The notes: generated by a model from the sequence alone, not told the origin. 32,000 nucleotides of DNA from Halomicronema hongdechloris C2206 (GCF_002075285.3 NZ_CP021983.2:1830001-1862000); one strand, 5' to 3'. Counted from the stretch's first letter, positions 1 through 9,138 are shown. Made by a program: numbers and translations.

Positions 1-799
1 TTTTGAGGGTCTCTTCCCGAATGCAGTCAAATACCTGCCGATGCAACGTCATAAAATCAGGGGAGAGGGTGTCATCAAAATGGCGGGGGCGACGCAGATG
101 AATCGGGATCTCGGCTTTAATATGCCCTGGATGTACTCCCATGATGAAGATGCGATCGCACAGGAAAATTGCCTCCTCAATGTCGTGGGTGACAAAAATC
201 ACCGTAGTTTTCAAATCACTCCAGATATCGAGCAGTAGCTCCTGCATCATGTGGCGGGTTTGGGCATCGAGGGCGGCAAAGGGCTCATCCATCAACAACA
301 CCGATGGCGAATTTACCAAAGCCCGGACAATGCTAGCTCGTTGCTGCATTCCCCCCGACAGCTGGGCCGGATAGCTATGGCGATAGCGATAGAGCCCCAC
401 CCGATTCAGGTAGTCATTGACCAACTCAGTGCGCTCAGCCTTAGCCATGCCACGGATCTTGAGGCCCAACTCAATATTCTGAAACGTCGTTTTCCAGGGC
501 AACAACGAATACTGCTGGAAGACAAACCCCCGGTCGGCCCCCGGTCGACAAACCGGCTGTTGGTCTACCAAAATGTAGCCCTCCGAGGGCTTGAGAAAAC
601 CGGCAATGCCATTGAGTAGGGTAGACTTGCCACAGCCAGACGGCCCTAACAAGCAGACAAATTCCCCCGGTTGAATACTGAGGTTAATAGCATCGAGCAC
701 ATGATTGATGTGTCCCTTCCGTCTGAAGGTGACTGACAGCCCCTCCACTTGCACAGACCCCTTAACACTCTGCGTTTGCTGCAACTGTTGCATCAACAT
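1..799 (-). CDS. ABC transporter ATP-binding protein, NitT/TauT (nitrate/sulfonate/taurine) type; 3' end runs off the window
   Basis: Hand translation of the minus strand from ATG 799-797 gives MLMQQLQQTQSVKGSVQVEGLSVTF... It contains Walker A GPSGCGKST, signature LSGGMQQR and Walker B LLMDEPFAALD. The frame is still open at position 1, so the ORF track misses it. Confidence 0.9.
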   Translation of the reverse strand, partial: MLMQQLQQTQSVKGSVQVEGLSVTFRRKGHINHVLDAINLSIQPGEFVCLLGPSGCGKSTLLNGIAGFLKPSEGYILVDQQPVCRPGADRGFVFQQYSLLPWKTTFQNIELGLKIRGMAKAERTELVNDYLNRVGLYRYRHSYPAQLSGGMQQRASIVRALVNSPSVLLMDEPFAALDAQTRHMMQELLLDIWSDLKTTVIFVTHDIEEAIFLCDRIFIMGVHPGHIKAEIPIHLRRPRHFDDTLSPDFMTLHRQVFDCIREETLK

Positions 800-893
800 G
801 ATTTTTCCAACCTAACGCGACAAATTGGCAGGGAACATGGGCTGAGGTTAGCCAGATCAAGCGGCAGTCTGAGCTAGCCAACGCCGCCAACCC

Positions 894-1781
894 TCAGGCA
901 TCTTGCTTTTTAATCACCCGCCAAGGCATGAGGGCAGCCATGGTGCGATTGACAGCCCAAGAGCTGATTGCCCCCATCAAGCCAATCAGCAACATGCCCA
1001 TGACAATCGGTGGATAGTTCGAGGTGACGTAAGATTCCCAGGTGATATAGCCAATGCCGTAACGCCCCGCCAAGATTTCAGCGGTGACTAAACAAAACCA
1101 GGCATTGCCCATGCCGATGGTAAGACCACTGGCGATACTGGGTAGGGAGCCAGGCAAAACAATATCTTTGAAAATATGCCAGGATCTTGCCCCTAAACAC
1201 TGCCCCACCCGAATCAACACCGTGTCACTGAGAATGCTCTCCACCCCACGAATGGTGCTAATCAACACCGGGAAAAACGCCCCCACAAAGGTGATATAAA
1301 CCATGCCACTCTCTGCATTCGGAAACATCAAAATTGCCAGGGGAATCCAGGCCACTGCTGGAATCGGCCGCAGCAGCTCCAACGGAGGCATCAGCAAATC
1401 TTCAACCTTCTCGAACCAGCCCGCCAGCACCCCTAGAATGATGCCCAGGCATGAGGCCACGGCATAGCCAATCATGACCCGCTGAATACTCGAGCGAAAG
1501 TGAACCCACGGGTCAGTGGTGAAAAAGGTCAGCGTGGCTTTCAACACCTGCAGCGGAGACGGTATCAGCTGAAAATTTACGAAAAAGCTGAAGCCGATGT
1601 TGCATAGAAACTGCCAGCCGCCAAAGAAAATCACTAAGGCCAGCAGGCGCCGCGCTGAACGATTGGCAAAAAACAACGCCCTCAAAGCCATGGCCGTTTG
1701 ATAACGCCAGCCCCGCCGCGACTGCCGTGTCGCCTTCGAAGTCATAACTGCCATAGGGTCTTCCTCTCCAGCAGAGCACAT
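894..1781 (-). CDS. ABC transporter permease (NitT/TauT family, TauC/SsuC-like)
   Basis: 295-aa ORF with multiple hydrophobic spans and a BPD-type permease core (LELLRPIPAVAWIPLAILMFP). It lies between the ATPase and SBP genes on the same strand. The true start may be the internal Met near 1754. Confidence 0.85.
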   Translation of the reverse strand: MCSAGEEDPMAVMTSKATRQSRRGWRYQTAMALRALFFANRSARRLLALVIFFGGWQFLCNIGFSFFVNFQLIPSPLQVLKATLTFFTTDPWVHFRSSIQRVMIGYAVASCLGIILGVLAGWFEKVEDLLMPPLELLRPIPAVAWIPLAILMFPNAESGMVYITFVGAFFPVLISTIRGVESILSDTVLIRVGQCLGARSWHIFKDIVLPGSLPSIASGLTIGMGNAWFCLVTAEILAGRYGIGYITWESYVTSNYPPIVMGMLLIGLMGAISSWAVNRTMAALMPWRVIKKQDA

Positions 1782-1801
1782 CCGTTCATCCCAGGGGCAA
1801 C

Positions 1802-1833
1802 GACCTAACGCCGTCCTTAGATAGCGTTAGGTC
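1802..1833 (-). promoter_or_regulatory. Intercistronic stem-loop between the SBP and permease genes
   Basis: Perfect 10-bp inverted repeat GACCTAACGC (1802-1811) / GCGTTAGGTC (1824-1833) with a 12-nt loop. It sits in the 206-bp gap between SBP stop (1988) and permease start (1781). Confidence 0.4.
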
Positions 1834-1987
1834 CACCAAGCCGGATGACCATTAGCAGCCACCTTACGCAGTTAGTGAAGTGCCCGTCTGTATTCCATAG
1901 GGCAGTAGTGATGCACATTCTCCGTAGATGGTCGGCTACAGCATTTCCTGGCTGGGTGCTGTAATCAGACTCAATGGCTGACTCAAG

Positions 1988-3526
1988 TTAGCGCCGACCT
2001 CCCACTAAGGCTCCTACCAGGGTAGGCTGGCGACCCTTAGCATAGCGATCTTGCAACCCTCGAAACGCCATCATCTGGCCCCCGGTTTCAGCGGCATAGG
2101 CCTGCGCATCAGACTCTAGTAAGAAGGCCGATACTTCATCACCGTTGCTGACGTAGTAAGAGTTTTCTGCAAACAGCTTCCAGCCATTGTTGCGGTCATG
2201 GACAAACATGACATCAGCCGCCTTGCCTTCTGCTTGCAGCGCAGCCAGGGCTTCTAACATGTTGCCAATCGAGGCAAAGTTGGTGACGGTTTCCTCGCCC
2301 TGAACCCAATACTGAGCCGCTAACTTCGGATCTTCGATGGCTTCGCCAGTCAGGGCATCTTCACCGGTAATTTGATAGGCCTCAGCGGTGGCGATCACCT
2401 CATCGTAAACCAAGTCCATCTCTTCCATGGCCTGCTGTAGATAGCTTTCATCAATCCAGTTGGTGACTTCAGCCGGGTCAACCGGATTTTCGATCTTGCC
2501 CAGACTAGTAAGGGTGGCAATGCTGTTTTTCAGGGCCTCCACATGGACTTCGCGAATAGTGGGGTCGAGGGGCTGTAACCCAGAAGGCCCCAAGAACATG
2601 TAAACGACCTCCTTCTCGATGCCCGACCATTCCTCGATGTTGGCCGAGATTTCTTCGGGACTTTCCCGGAAGATTTGGTTCGCCTCTAGCACTGCCTTGA
2701 GGTAAGCCACGACAATTTCAGGGTGCTCCTCGGCAAAATCAGAGCGCACCGTAATGCCATGGAGAGTGGGGACTCCGGTTTGGGCACCGTCAAAGATTTT
2801 CTTGGCAAAACCGCGGAAGGGAAATAGCTCACCGAAAGGAACAAAGTCAGCATGGGCATCAATCTGACCCGTGCGCAGGCTCGACCCGCCGACCTCTGGG
2901 GCCTGACTGATGAGCGTGACATCGGTTTCGGGATTGATGCCAACGTCATCTAAGGCCTTGAGCACCATGCCGTGAGCCGCTGAGCCAAAGGGCACTGAAA
3001 TCGTCCCCCCTTCGAGATCTGCCAATGAGGTGGCTTCACTATCTTTAGGAACAACAACTGCATTGCCAGCACCGTTAGGGCTATAGGCTAGTGTACCGAT
3101 ATAAATAGAATCAGCATCGTCAGCTTCCTGCTGGAATTTGATCAGATTAATCACCGCCGGAAAATCACCCATGAGACCAATATCAATTTGATCCGCCAGC
3201 ATTTTATTCGTGATCGGTGGCCCAGATGTATAGCTCGACCATTGCATGTCGTATTCGACCCCTTCATATTTTCCAGTGGTGGGTAAATGTTTTTCTAGCA
3301 GTCCCAATTCCCGTACAGTGGCGCCACCAACCGCAGTGTTGATTACCTGATCCTGGGTGCCAATTGCGACCCGAAGCACTTCCCCAGAGAGGCTTTCAGA
3401 GCTTGCCTCCTCGGCTCCTGAGTTCGCACCAGGATCAGAACAAGCTCCCACAAACATTACAGAACTAATTAGAAAGCCTGACGCTAGTAGTCTCTTCTGC
3501 CAGCCTAATTTAAGCTTCATATGCAC
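1988..3526 (-). CDS. ABC transporter substrate-binding lipoprotein (NMT1/TauA-like) with a ~140-aa C-terminal extension
   Basis: 512-aa ORF. The N-terminal signal ends in a lipobox-like FVGAC. The body resembles NitT/TauT-type periplasmic binding proteins, and the gene is the first of the transporter operon. It is about 150 aa longer than typical family members. Confidence 0.8.
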   Translation of the reverse strand: MHMKLKLGWQKRLLASGFLISSVMFVGACSDPGANSGAEEASSESLSGEVLRVAIGTQDQVINTAVGGATVRELGLLEKHLPTTGKYEGVEYDMQWSSYTSGPPITNKMLADQIDIGLMGDFPAVINLIKFQQEADDADSIYIGTLAYSPNGAGNAVVVPKDSEATSLADLEGGTISVPFGSAAHGMVLKALDDVGINPETDVTLISQAPEVGGSSLRTGQIDAHADFVPFGELFPFRGFAKKIFDGAQTGVPTLHGITVRSDFAEEHPEIVVAYLKAVLEANQIFRESPEEISANIEEWSGIEKEVVYMFLGPSGLQPLDPTIREVHVEALKNSIATLTSLGKIENPVDPAEVTNWIDESYLQQAMEEMDLVYDEVIATAEAYQITGEDALTGEAIEDPKLAAQYWVQGEETVTNFASIGNMLEALAALQAEGKAADVMFVHDRNNGWKLFAENSYYVSNGDEVSAFLLESDAQAYAAETGGQMMAFRGLQDRYAKGRQPTLVGALVGGRR

Positions 3527-3778
3527 GATAAATTAACTCGATGTTGGAATCATTTATTCACTAATTCAAGACTCTATCTGTAAATCGATATACATCCTCA
3601 AGTGATCTAAAGTTATGGTGGATAAAAGTATTTTTTGAATCAATCAATTTCTTTTATAACTAGAGTTATAGGCTAAATTCATACCCCCTGCAGCTGATAG
3701 TCTGAAGGTCATTCTTTGCAAAAACCTCCAGGCTCTAGACTGGGTCAAGGTTGGTTGACTGACAAAAGATTCTGCATT

Positions 3779-3797
3779 GGGCGCGGAAACCGCGCCC
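3779..3797 (-). terminator. GC-rich hairpin downstream of the kinase remnant
   Basis: GGGCGCGG-AAA-CCGCGCCC, a perfect 8-bp stem. On the minus strand it follows the stop at 3857-3859. The trailing T-tract is weak. Confidence 0.3.
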
Positions 3798-3856
3798 TTA
3801 CCAGATTTCGGATGCTGTAGGGGGCAGGTTCCCTGACCCTTTGGATAGTCTGGGTT

Positions 3857-4010
3857 CTATAGCACGATGGTGACGATGGTGCCCTGAGGCTGATTGTCTG
3901 CCACCAGAATTTGGCCGCCATGGGCTTCTATCGCTAACTTGCAAAACGCCAGCCCCAGGCCAGTTTGGATAATGCCGGCGACGGGATCACCAGTGCAGAA
4001 GGATGTTGAA
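3857..4010 (-). pseudogene. C-terminal remnant of a sensor histidine kinase (HATPase_c G2 box to stop)
   Basis: Hand translation gives ...FCTGDPVAGIIQTGLGLAFCKLAIEAHGGQILVADNQPQGTIVTIVL*, which carries the GxGLGL ATP-lid motif. An in-frame stop lies just upstream (~4012). No start codon or kinase core is present, and the upstream space is occupied by mgtC on the other strand. Confidence 0.55.
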
Positions 4011-4491
4011 AACGGATGCTTACCCTATGATTTCCCTCACCCCCATCCCTTGGCTTGAGAGCTTGGGTCGATTGCTGCTCGCTATCGGGTTGGGGGCAGC
4101 CATTGGTTGGGATCGCGAGTATGACAATAAACCGGCTGGGCTGCGCACCAACATGCTGGTGAGTTTAGGGGCGGCTCTATTCATCCTGGTTCCCCTACAA
4201 AGTGGGCTGGCGCAGCAAGATGCCAATACTATCGCCCGTAGCCTCGATGGCATTATCACCGGCGTGGGGTTTGTGGGGGCAGGCTCGATTCTACGGGAGC
4301 AACGGGTGCGGGGGCTCACCTCTGCCGCTGCCATCTGGATTTCGGCGGCGGTGGGGGTGGCAGCAGGGATGGGGCTGTGGCCATTGAGCCTGATGGGCAC
4401 CCTGTTGGCCATTATCATCCTGCGCATTATCAAGTGGTTGGAACGGCGATTATCCCCTAGGAAACGGACATCTAGGGCGCCAAGGCAGTAG
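4003..4491 (+). CDS. mgtC: MgtC/SapB family membrane protein
   Basis: 162-aa ORF with the family-typical N-terminus LLLAIGLGAAIGWDREYDNKPAGLRTNMLVSLGAALF and 4-5 hydrophobic helices. The start may be the Met at 4027. Confidence 0.85.
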   Translation: MLKTDAYPMISLTPIPWLESLGRLLLAIGLGAAIGWDREYDNKPAGLRTNMLVSLGAALFILVPLQSGLAQQDANTIARSLDGIITGVGFVGAGSILREQRVRGLTSAAAIWISAAVGVAAGMGLWPLSLMGTLLAIIILRIIKWLERRLSPRKRTSRAPRQ

Positions 4492-4694
4492 TAATAGGGC
4501 GGCTTGCCCTGACGGATGTGGCAAAAACCTAAAGAGATCTAGCAAAAATTTGGATTTAACGGCGGACTAGTCCACCATGGGGAATCGACGCTGGTCGGGA
4601 AAATATCCCGTCCTATGTTGGCATGGACATTCTCAATGGCTCGTGCGAGAGGAGTGTCCGTGATGAGTGCCCAGTAGCATCCCAGGAGAAATTT

Positions 4695-5246
4695 ATGTTG
4701 ACGGCGGCCGACATCATGACTAACGAGGTCTGCACCATCGATAGTTCAGCCAGTGTGGCGGATGCCATTGCACTGATGCAAACCCAGAAGGTGCGATCGC
4801 TAATCGTGAACCGCCGCAGCGCCGAAATGCCCTTCGGTATCGTCACCGAACGCGACATCGTCTACAAGGTGATTGCTCGGGACCACGATCCGGAGCGGGT
4901 GATTGTACAGGACGTGATGCGGCAGCCCTGTGTGGCCATTGAACCGAATCTGAGTATTCAAGAAATCGCTCAAGTCTTTTCAGATGCTGGGATTCAGCGG
5001 GCTCCGGTGATCAAAGATGGGGAATTGCTGGGGGTGGTCTCGGTCACCGATGTGGTCATGCGGGGAACGATAGCGGCGTCGAATCAGCCCGAGCTGGCCC
5101 AGCGGATCGCCGAAGCCGTGCGCCATGCCCGGTCCATCTGTCAGGAGAAAGGACAAAGTTCCCAGGACTGTGCGATCGCATGGGAAACCGTAGAAGAACT
5201 ACAAGCAGAAGCCGCCCATCGCCGGATTAAGCCCGGGGGGAGATAG
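4695..5246 (+). CDS. CBS-domain pair fused to a C-terminal CP12 domain (CBS-CP12)
   Basis: There are two CBS-like repeats (IMTNEVCTID...; VMRQPCVAIE...GIQRAPVIKDGELLGVVSVTDV). The C-terminus CQEKGQSSQDCAIAWETVEELQAEAAH carries the CP12 Cys pair and the AWxxVEEL core. AGGAGA lies at 4685-4690, just upstream of ATG 4695. The ORF track starts earlier, at 4623. Confidence 0.8.
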   Translation: MLTAADIMTNEVCTIDSSASVADAIALMQTQKVRSLIVNRRSAEMPFGIVTERDIVYKVIARDHDPERVIVQDVMRQPCVAIEPNLSIQEIAQVFSDAGIQRAPVIKDGELLGVVSVTDVVMRGTIAASNQPELAQRIAEAVRHARSICQEKGQSSQDCAIAWETVEELQAEAAHRRIKPGGR

Positions 5247-5275
5247 GGGAGAGTGGGGGAGTGATGGGGTGATGG

Positions 5276-5325
5276 AAGGATGAAGGATGAAGGATGAAGG
5301 ATGAAGGATGAAGGATGAAGGAATG
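5276..5325. repeat. Heptanucleotide tandem repeat (AAGGATG) x6 plus a degenerate copy
   Basis: Six perfect 7-nt units span 5276-5317, followed by AAGGAATG. GGGGTGATGG motifs flank it on both sides. It resembles cyanobacterial STRR-type short tandem repeats. Confidence 0.9.
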
Positions 5326-5442
5326 AAAGGCGGGGAGGTGGGGTGATGGGGTGATGGGGAGTGAGTAGCGTGGGTCATTTTACCTAGGCAGGGGAAATTA
5401 TGAATAGCCAGGGAAGGACCCACGGAGACGCGAGCATGAGGA

Positions 5443-8219
5443 TTACTCCGTCAGTCGCAATTCCGCCTTCACCACATCCGGGGTGCGCCGCAGCTTAAAA
5501 CCCACCTTCTCACAGACCCGCTGCATAGGCTTATTCTCATGCAAAATCTCGGCAGTGATGCGGGTCAGGTGTTCGTCTCGGCCAATCTGAATCAGCTGCG
5601 ACAGCAACTCTGTGCCTAGCCCCTGGCGCTGGTAAGGATCGCTGACCAGCATGGCGAATTCCGCCTCGTCGTGACCATGGAAACGGCTGAGGCGGCCGGC
5701 GGCCAGCACCTCATGCTGTTGAGTAGCTGGATCCTTGCAATCGACGACCAGGGCCATCTCCCGGTCGTAGTCCACGAAGCAGATGCGGGTGAGGCGTTCG
5801 TGGGCGATGCGCTGGCTCAACTTGAGCAAATGGAAGTAGCGGAAATAGACACTCTGTTCCGAGAGGGTCTGGTGAAACTGCACCATCAGCGGTTCATCCT
5901 CGGGACGGATGGGGCGAATGGTGACGGGGGTGCCATCCCGCATCGTCCAGGGCTTGACGTATTGACTGGGATAGGGACGGATGGCGGGTTTGGGTAGGGT
6001 ACTCAGGTCCACATCCGCCGGATGCAGGGCAATGCGGGCATCTAGGGCCAGGAGGGGATAGCGGCTGTGGACGCCGTCTACCAGTAGGGGGTTGATGTCG
6101 ATTTCTTTGATCTGGGGCCGCTCTAGAATCAGTTGACTGAAGCGCACCAGCAGTTTCTCCAGCTCCGCCAGGTCGACGGGGGGACGACCGCGCACTCCCT
6201 GCAGGGCTTGGTAGATCTTGGTCTGCTCCATCAGCCGTCTGGCCAGGGTGGTATTCAGGGGCGGCAGGGCCACGGCGCTATCTTTAAAGATCTCCACCAG
6301 TTGGCCCCCGGCCCCAAACAGAATCACCGGACCGAATTGCACATCCAGGCTGCTGCCGACGATGACTTCGTAGCCGTCTTCCCGGTTGATCATGGGCTGC
6401 ACGGTCACCCCTTGAAAATGCTCGGCCCCAGCCTTCTCGGCCACGGTGGTTGCGATCGCATCAAAGGCTTGCCGCACCGCCGCCGGGTCTTGCAGATTCA
6501 GCTTCACCCCGCCCACATCGGTTTTATGGGTCAGGGTCTGGGACAACAGCTTCACCACCACCGGATAGCCGATGGCCTCGGCCCATGCCACCGCTTCCTC
6601 TGCCGTTAGGGCGATGCGAGATGCCACCGTGGCAATGCCATAGGCACTGAGGATCTGCTTCGATTCAAACTCTGTCAGCAGGATGCGCTGGTGGGCCTGG
6701 GCCGCCTGGATGATCTCATCCACCACCTGGGAGCGATCGACGGCACACCGAACTCAGATTCCGGCAGCAGGGCCGGGGTTTTCATAGAGGCCCTTCAAGT
6801 TGTAGCTGTAGCGCCACATGAAATTGAATAAACGGGCGGCGGAGTCAGGGTAGCGGTAAGTGGCGATGCTGGCCCGGTGAGAATGGTTTCCCCATTGGTG
6901 ACCTCAGCCCCCGCCCATCCAGCTGGCCAATAGGGGTTTCTGGGCTCTCTGCACCGCCTGCTTCAGGTGCTCGGCGGTTTCGGTGGGGTCGGTCATGGCC
7001 TGGGGGGTCAAGATCACCATCAGGCCATCGCTGGTTGGGGCTCTTGGCAGGCGGTTTCAAAGGTCTGGGTATAGCGCTTGGGGTCGGGCGTCCCCGAGGA
7101 TGGTCGATGGGGGTTGCCATGGCTCCAGTGGCCGGGGCAGAAACCGATCTAAGGCCGTCCACCGTTTCCCGGCCAAGGGTAGTCAACTGGCCGCCGGTGG
7201 CGATCAAGGCGTCGGTGGGCTAAGACCCCAGGGCCGCCGGCCATTGGTGATGATCGTCAGCCGTGGGCCTTGGGGCAGGGGGTTTTGTTTTCCCCAGCAC
7301 TTCCGCCAGGTTAAACAGCTCCGAGATCCGTGTTCACCCGCAGGACGCCGCCGCAGCGGCGAAAGGCGGCATCGGAGGACGGCATCACTACCGGCCAGGG
7401 AGCCGGTGTGGGAGGCGGCGGCCTGGGCGGCGGCTTCGGTACGACCGGCCTTGATCACGATGATGGGTTTGGTCAGGGCCACTTCCCGGGCTGCCGATAG
7501 GAGAAGGAGCGGGCATTGCCGATGCTCTCCATGTAGATGACGATGCTGCGGGTGCGGGGGTCATCGCCCAGGTAGTAGATCAAGTCGCCCCAGTCCACAT
7601 CCAACATGGAGCCGATGGACAGAAAGGCGCTGAAGCCGACATTTTCCTGCAGGCTCCAGTCGAGCACGGCGGTGCAGAGGGCGCCGCTCTGGCTGATGAA
7701 GCCGACGTTGCCGGGGCGGGCCAAGGTGCTGGCGAAGGTGGCGTTGAGCCCTTGCAGGGGATTCATCACCCCGAGGCAGTTGGGGCCGATTAGCCGCAGG
7801 GAGCTATGGGCCAGTTTCGCTTTGATGGCCTGCTCTAGGGCGATGCCCTCGGCTCCGATCTCTTTGAAACCGGCGGAGATGACGATGGCCCCTTTGACCC
7901 CATGATCGATGCATGCTTGGATGACGCCGGGGACGGTGACGGCGGGGGTGGCGATGATGGCCAGATCGACGGCTTCGGGTACGGCCTGGAGGCTGGGATA
8001 GGCTCGAATGCCTAAGACACTCCGCCGTTTGGGGTTGATCGGAAACACGGTGCCGCCGAAGGGATTGCTAATCAAGTTCCACAGCAGGGTGCGGCCAACG
8101 CTACCGGGGCGGTCGCTGGCGCCGATGACGGCTACTGCCTCGGGGGCAAAGAGGGCGCTGAGGGGTTGCCGTTGCGATCGCAAAATGTCGTAAGCCGGAT
8201 CAGTCGTAGGCTTGAGCAT
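5443..8219 (-). pseudogene. Pat-like bifunctional acetate-CoA ligase (ADP-forming) family / GNAT N-acetyltransferase, reading frame broken between ~6740 and ~7500
   Basis: The N-terminal CoA-binding/ligase part is intact (ORF 7473-8219), as are the ATP-grasp and GNAT parts (ORF 5443-6726; QRQGLG motif). The middle can be read only by hopping frames: [32 protein letters not shown] / [14 protein letters not shown] / [29 protein letters not shown] / GGPGVLA / [11 protein letters not shown] / HWSHGNP / ILGDA / DPKRYTQTFE... Confidence 0.8.
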
Positions 8220-8322
8220 GACGGAGTAGCCCTAGAGGTACACAGACTGAAAACATCCACACTTCTGTTGTAGTGCGGGGATCGCGACGGATGATGGTTG
8301 ATTCGACAGGGTGGACGCGGGG

Positions 8323-8520
8323 ACACCTGCCCCCCGCAGGACTCCGCGAGGATGCCCTTGAGGGCATTGCGGAAACTGGCCTCAGAATAGGGCCCCCAGC
8401 GGGAACCCAACGCCCCGATGGTACTGTCATGACGCTGCTCATGACGCTTCAACTCTGCTAAGACGTCTCGATTATGCTGGTGTTGCTCATGCCACTGGCC
8501 CGTGTTGTCTTCTCTATGAA
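8323..8520 (-). pseudogene. Internal fragment of a DUF3782-type gene (paralogue of 9721-10374)
   Basis: The translation REDNTGQWHEQHQHNRDVLAELKRHEQRHDSTIGALGSRWGPYSEASFRNALKGILAES matches residues ~57-121 of the intact copy. The nucleotides align by eye to 10030-10210. The N-terminus and the C-terminal nuclease core are absent. Confidence 0.7.
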
Positions 8521-8553
8521 AAAGTGATATAGAAGCTCGTAGATTTTTTATTT

Positions 8554-9138
8554 TTAGTCGCGTTGAATTTTGTGAAACATCTCCTCAACCGTCAATTGCC
8601 ATTGGGAAAACGTCGGTGAAACAACCGTGTCATCTTGATTAAATACGGTTTCCGTATACGTGCCCTCAACCATTGCCAACACTGTCACGCGACCTTCTTG
8701 AGGATCAACAATCCAATATTCCGGGATGCCTCGCCATTCGTACTGATTGCGCTTGTCAAAATAGTCGCGGCGGCGGCTTTCCGCTCCGGAGCTGACCACT
8801 TCCACCACCAGCAGTGGTGGAGCCATCTCCAACGTAATTGCAGACTGCCCCAGGGCTTGTAATTGCTCTAGGTGCTCTGGTCGCAGCACGGTGAGATCCG
8901 GAAAGCGATTCTTGGGCTGTCCCAGCACTTCAAGGGCAAGCTGATGCGTTCTGACCCGTTGAAATCCAACAATGTCTGAAAAGGCGCGATCGAGCGCACG
9001 CGAGATTAAGACATTCTCATCCGATTCCGGCGGCACCTCGATTAAATCCCCATAAGTCAGCTCATACCGTCTATCTGTCCCGTCATCGTAGGCGAGATAG
9101 TCAGCAAACGTCACAATTTTCAGGTTGGCTTGAGTCAA
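8554..9138 (-). CDS. Uma2 (DUF820) family restriction-endonuclease-like protein
   Basis: 194 aa with the motifs PDLTVL..., LLVVEVVSSG and DYFDKRNQYEWRGIPEYWIVDP, which are typical of the Uma2 PD-(D/E)XK-like family. Confidence 0.85.
   Translation of the reverse strand: MTQANLKIVTFADYLAYDDGTDRRYELTYGDLIEVPPESDENVLISRALDRAFSDIVGFQRVRTHQLALEVLGQPKNRFPDLTVLRPEHLEQLQALGQSAITLEMAPPLLVVEVVSSGAESRRRDYFDKRNQYEWRGIPEYWIVDPQEGRVTVLAMVEGTYTETVFNQDDTVVSPTFSQWQLTVEEMFHKIQRD

Noticed and set aside
3655-3670. The palindrome TATAAC-TAGA-GTTATA upstream of the ABC operon as a regulator-binding site.
   Set aside because: It is a short 6-bp inverted repeat in a very AT-rich stretch, so it cannot be told from chance without comparative data.
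4020-4433. 137-aa minus-strand ORF antisense to mgtC. Similar long antisense ORFs occur at 5671-5997, 6133-6609, 6450-6650, 7606-7905, 8008-8193 and 25172-25555.
   Set aside because: They lie fully inside well-supported genes on the other strand. Their composition is Pro/Arg/Gly/Ala-rich and low in complexity, as expected from the reverse frames of GC-rich coding DNA. They carry no recognisable motifs.
5199-5423. 74-aa minus-strand ORF containing PSSFILHPSSFILHPS.
   Set aside because: It is simply the translation of the heptanucleotide tandem repeat and its G-rich flanks. It lies between two convergent gene ends.
6845-7482. ORFs 6845-7207, 7204-7482, 6983-7540, 7035-7223 and 7263-7454 as separate genes.
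   Set aside because: The minus-strand ORFs each begin with a stretch of the Pat-like protein ([36 protein letters not shown]) and then run out of frame. The plus-strand ones are antisense noise. All are covered by the single disrupted gene call.
8132-8452. 106-aa ORF (and the overlapping ORFs 8200-8442 and 8273-8461) as a real gene.
   Set aside because: Only its first ~43 codons resemble anything, namely the middle of the DUF3782 protein. The rest is Pro/Ser/Arg-rich read-through that overlaps the start of the Pat-like gene. It is called as a gene fragment instead.
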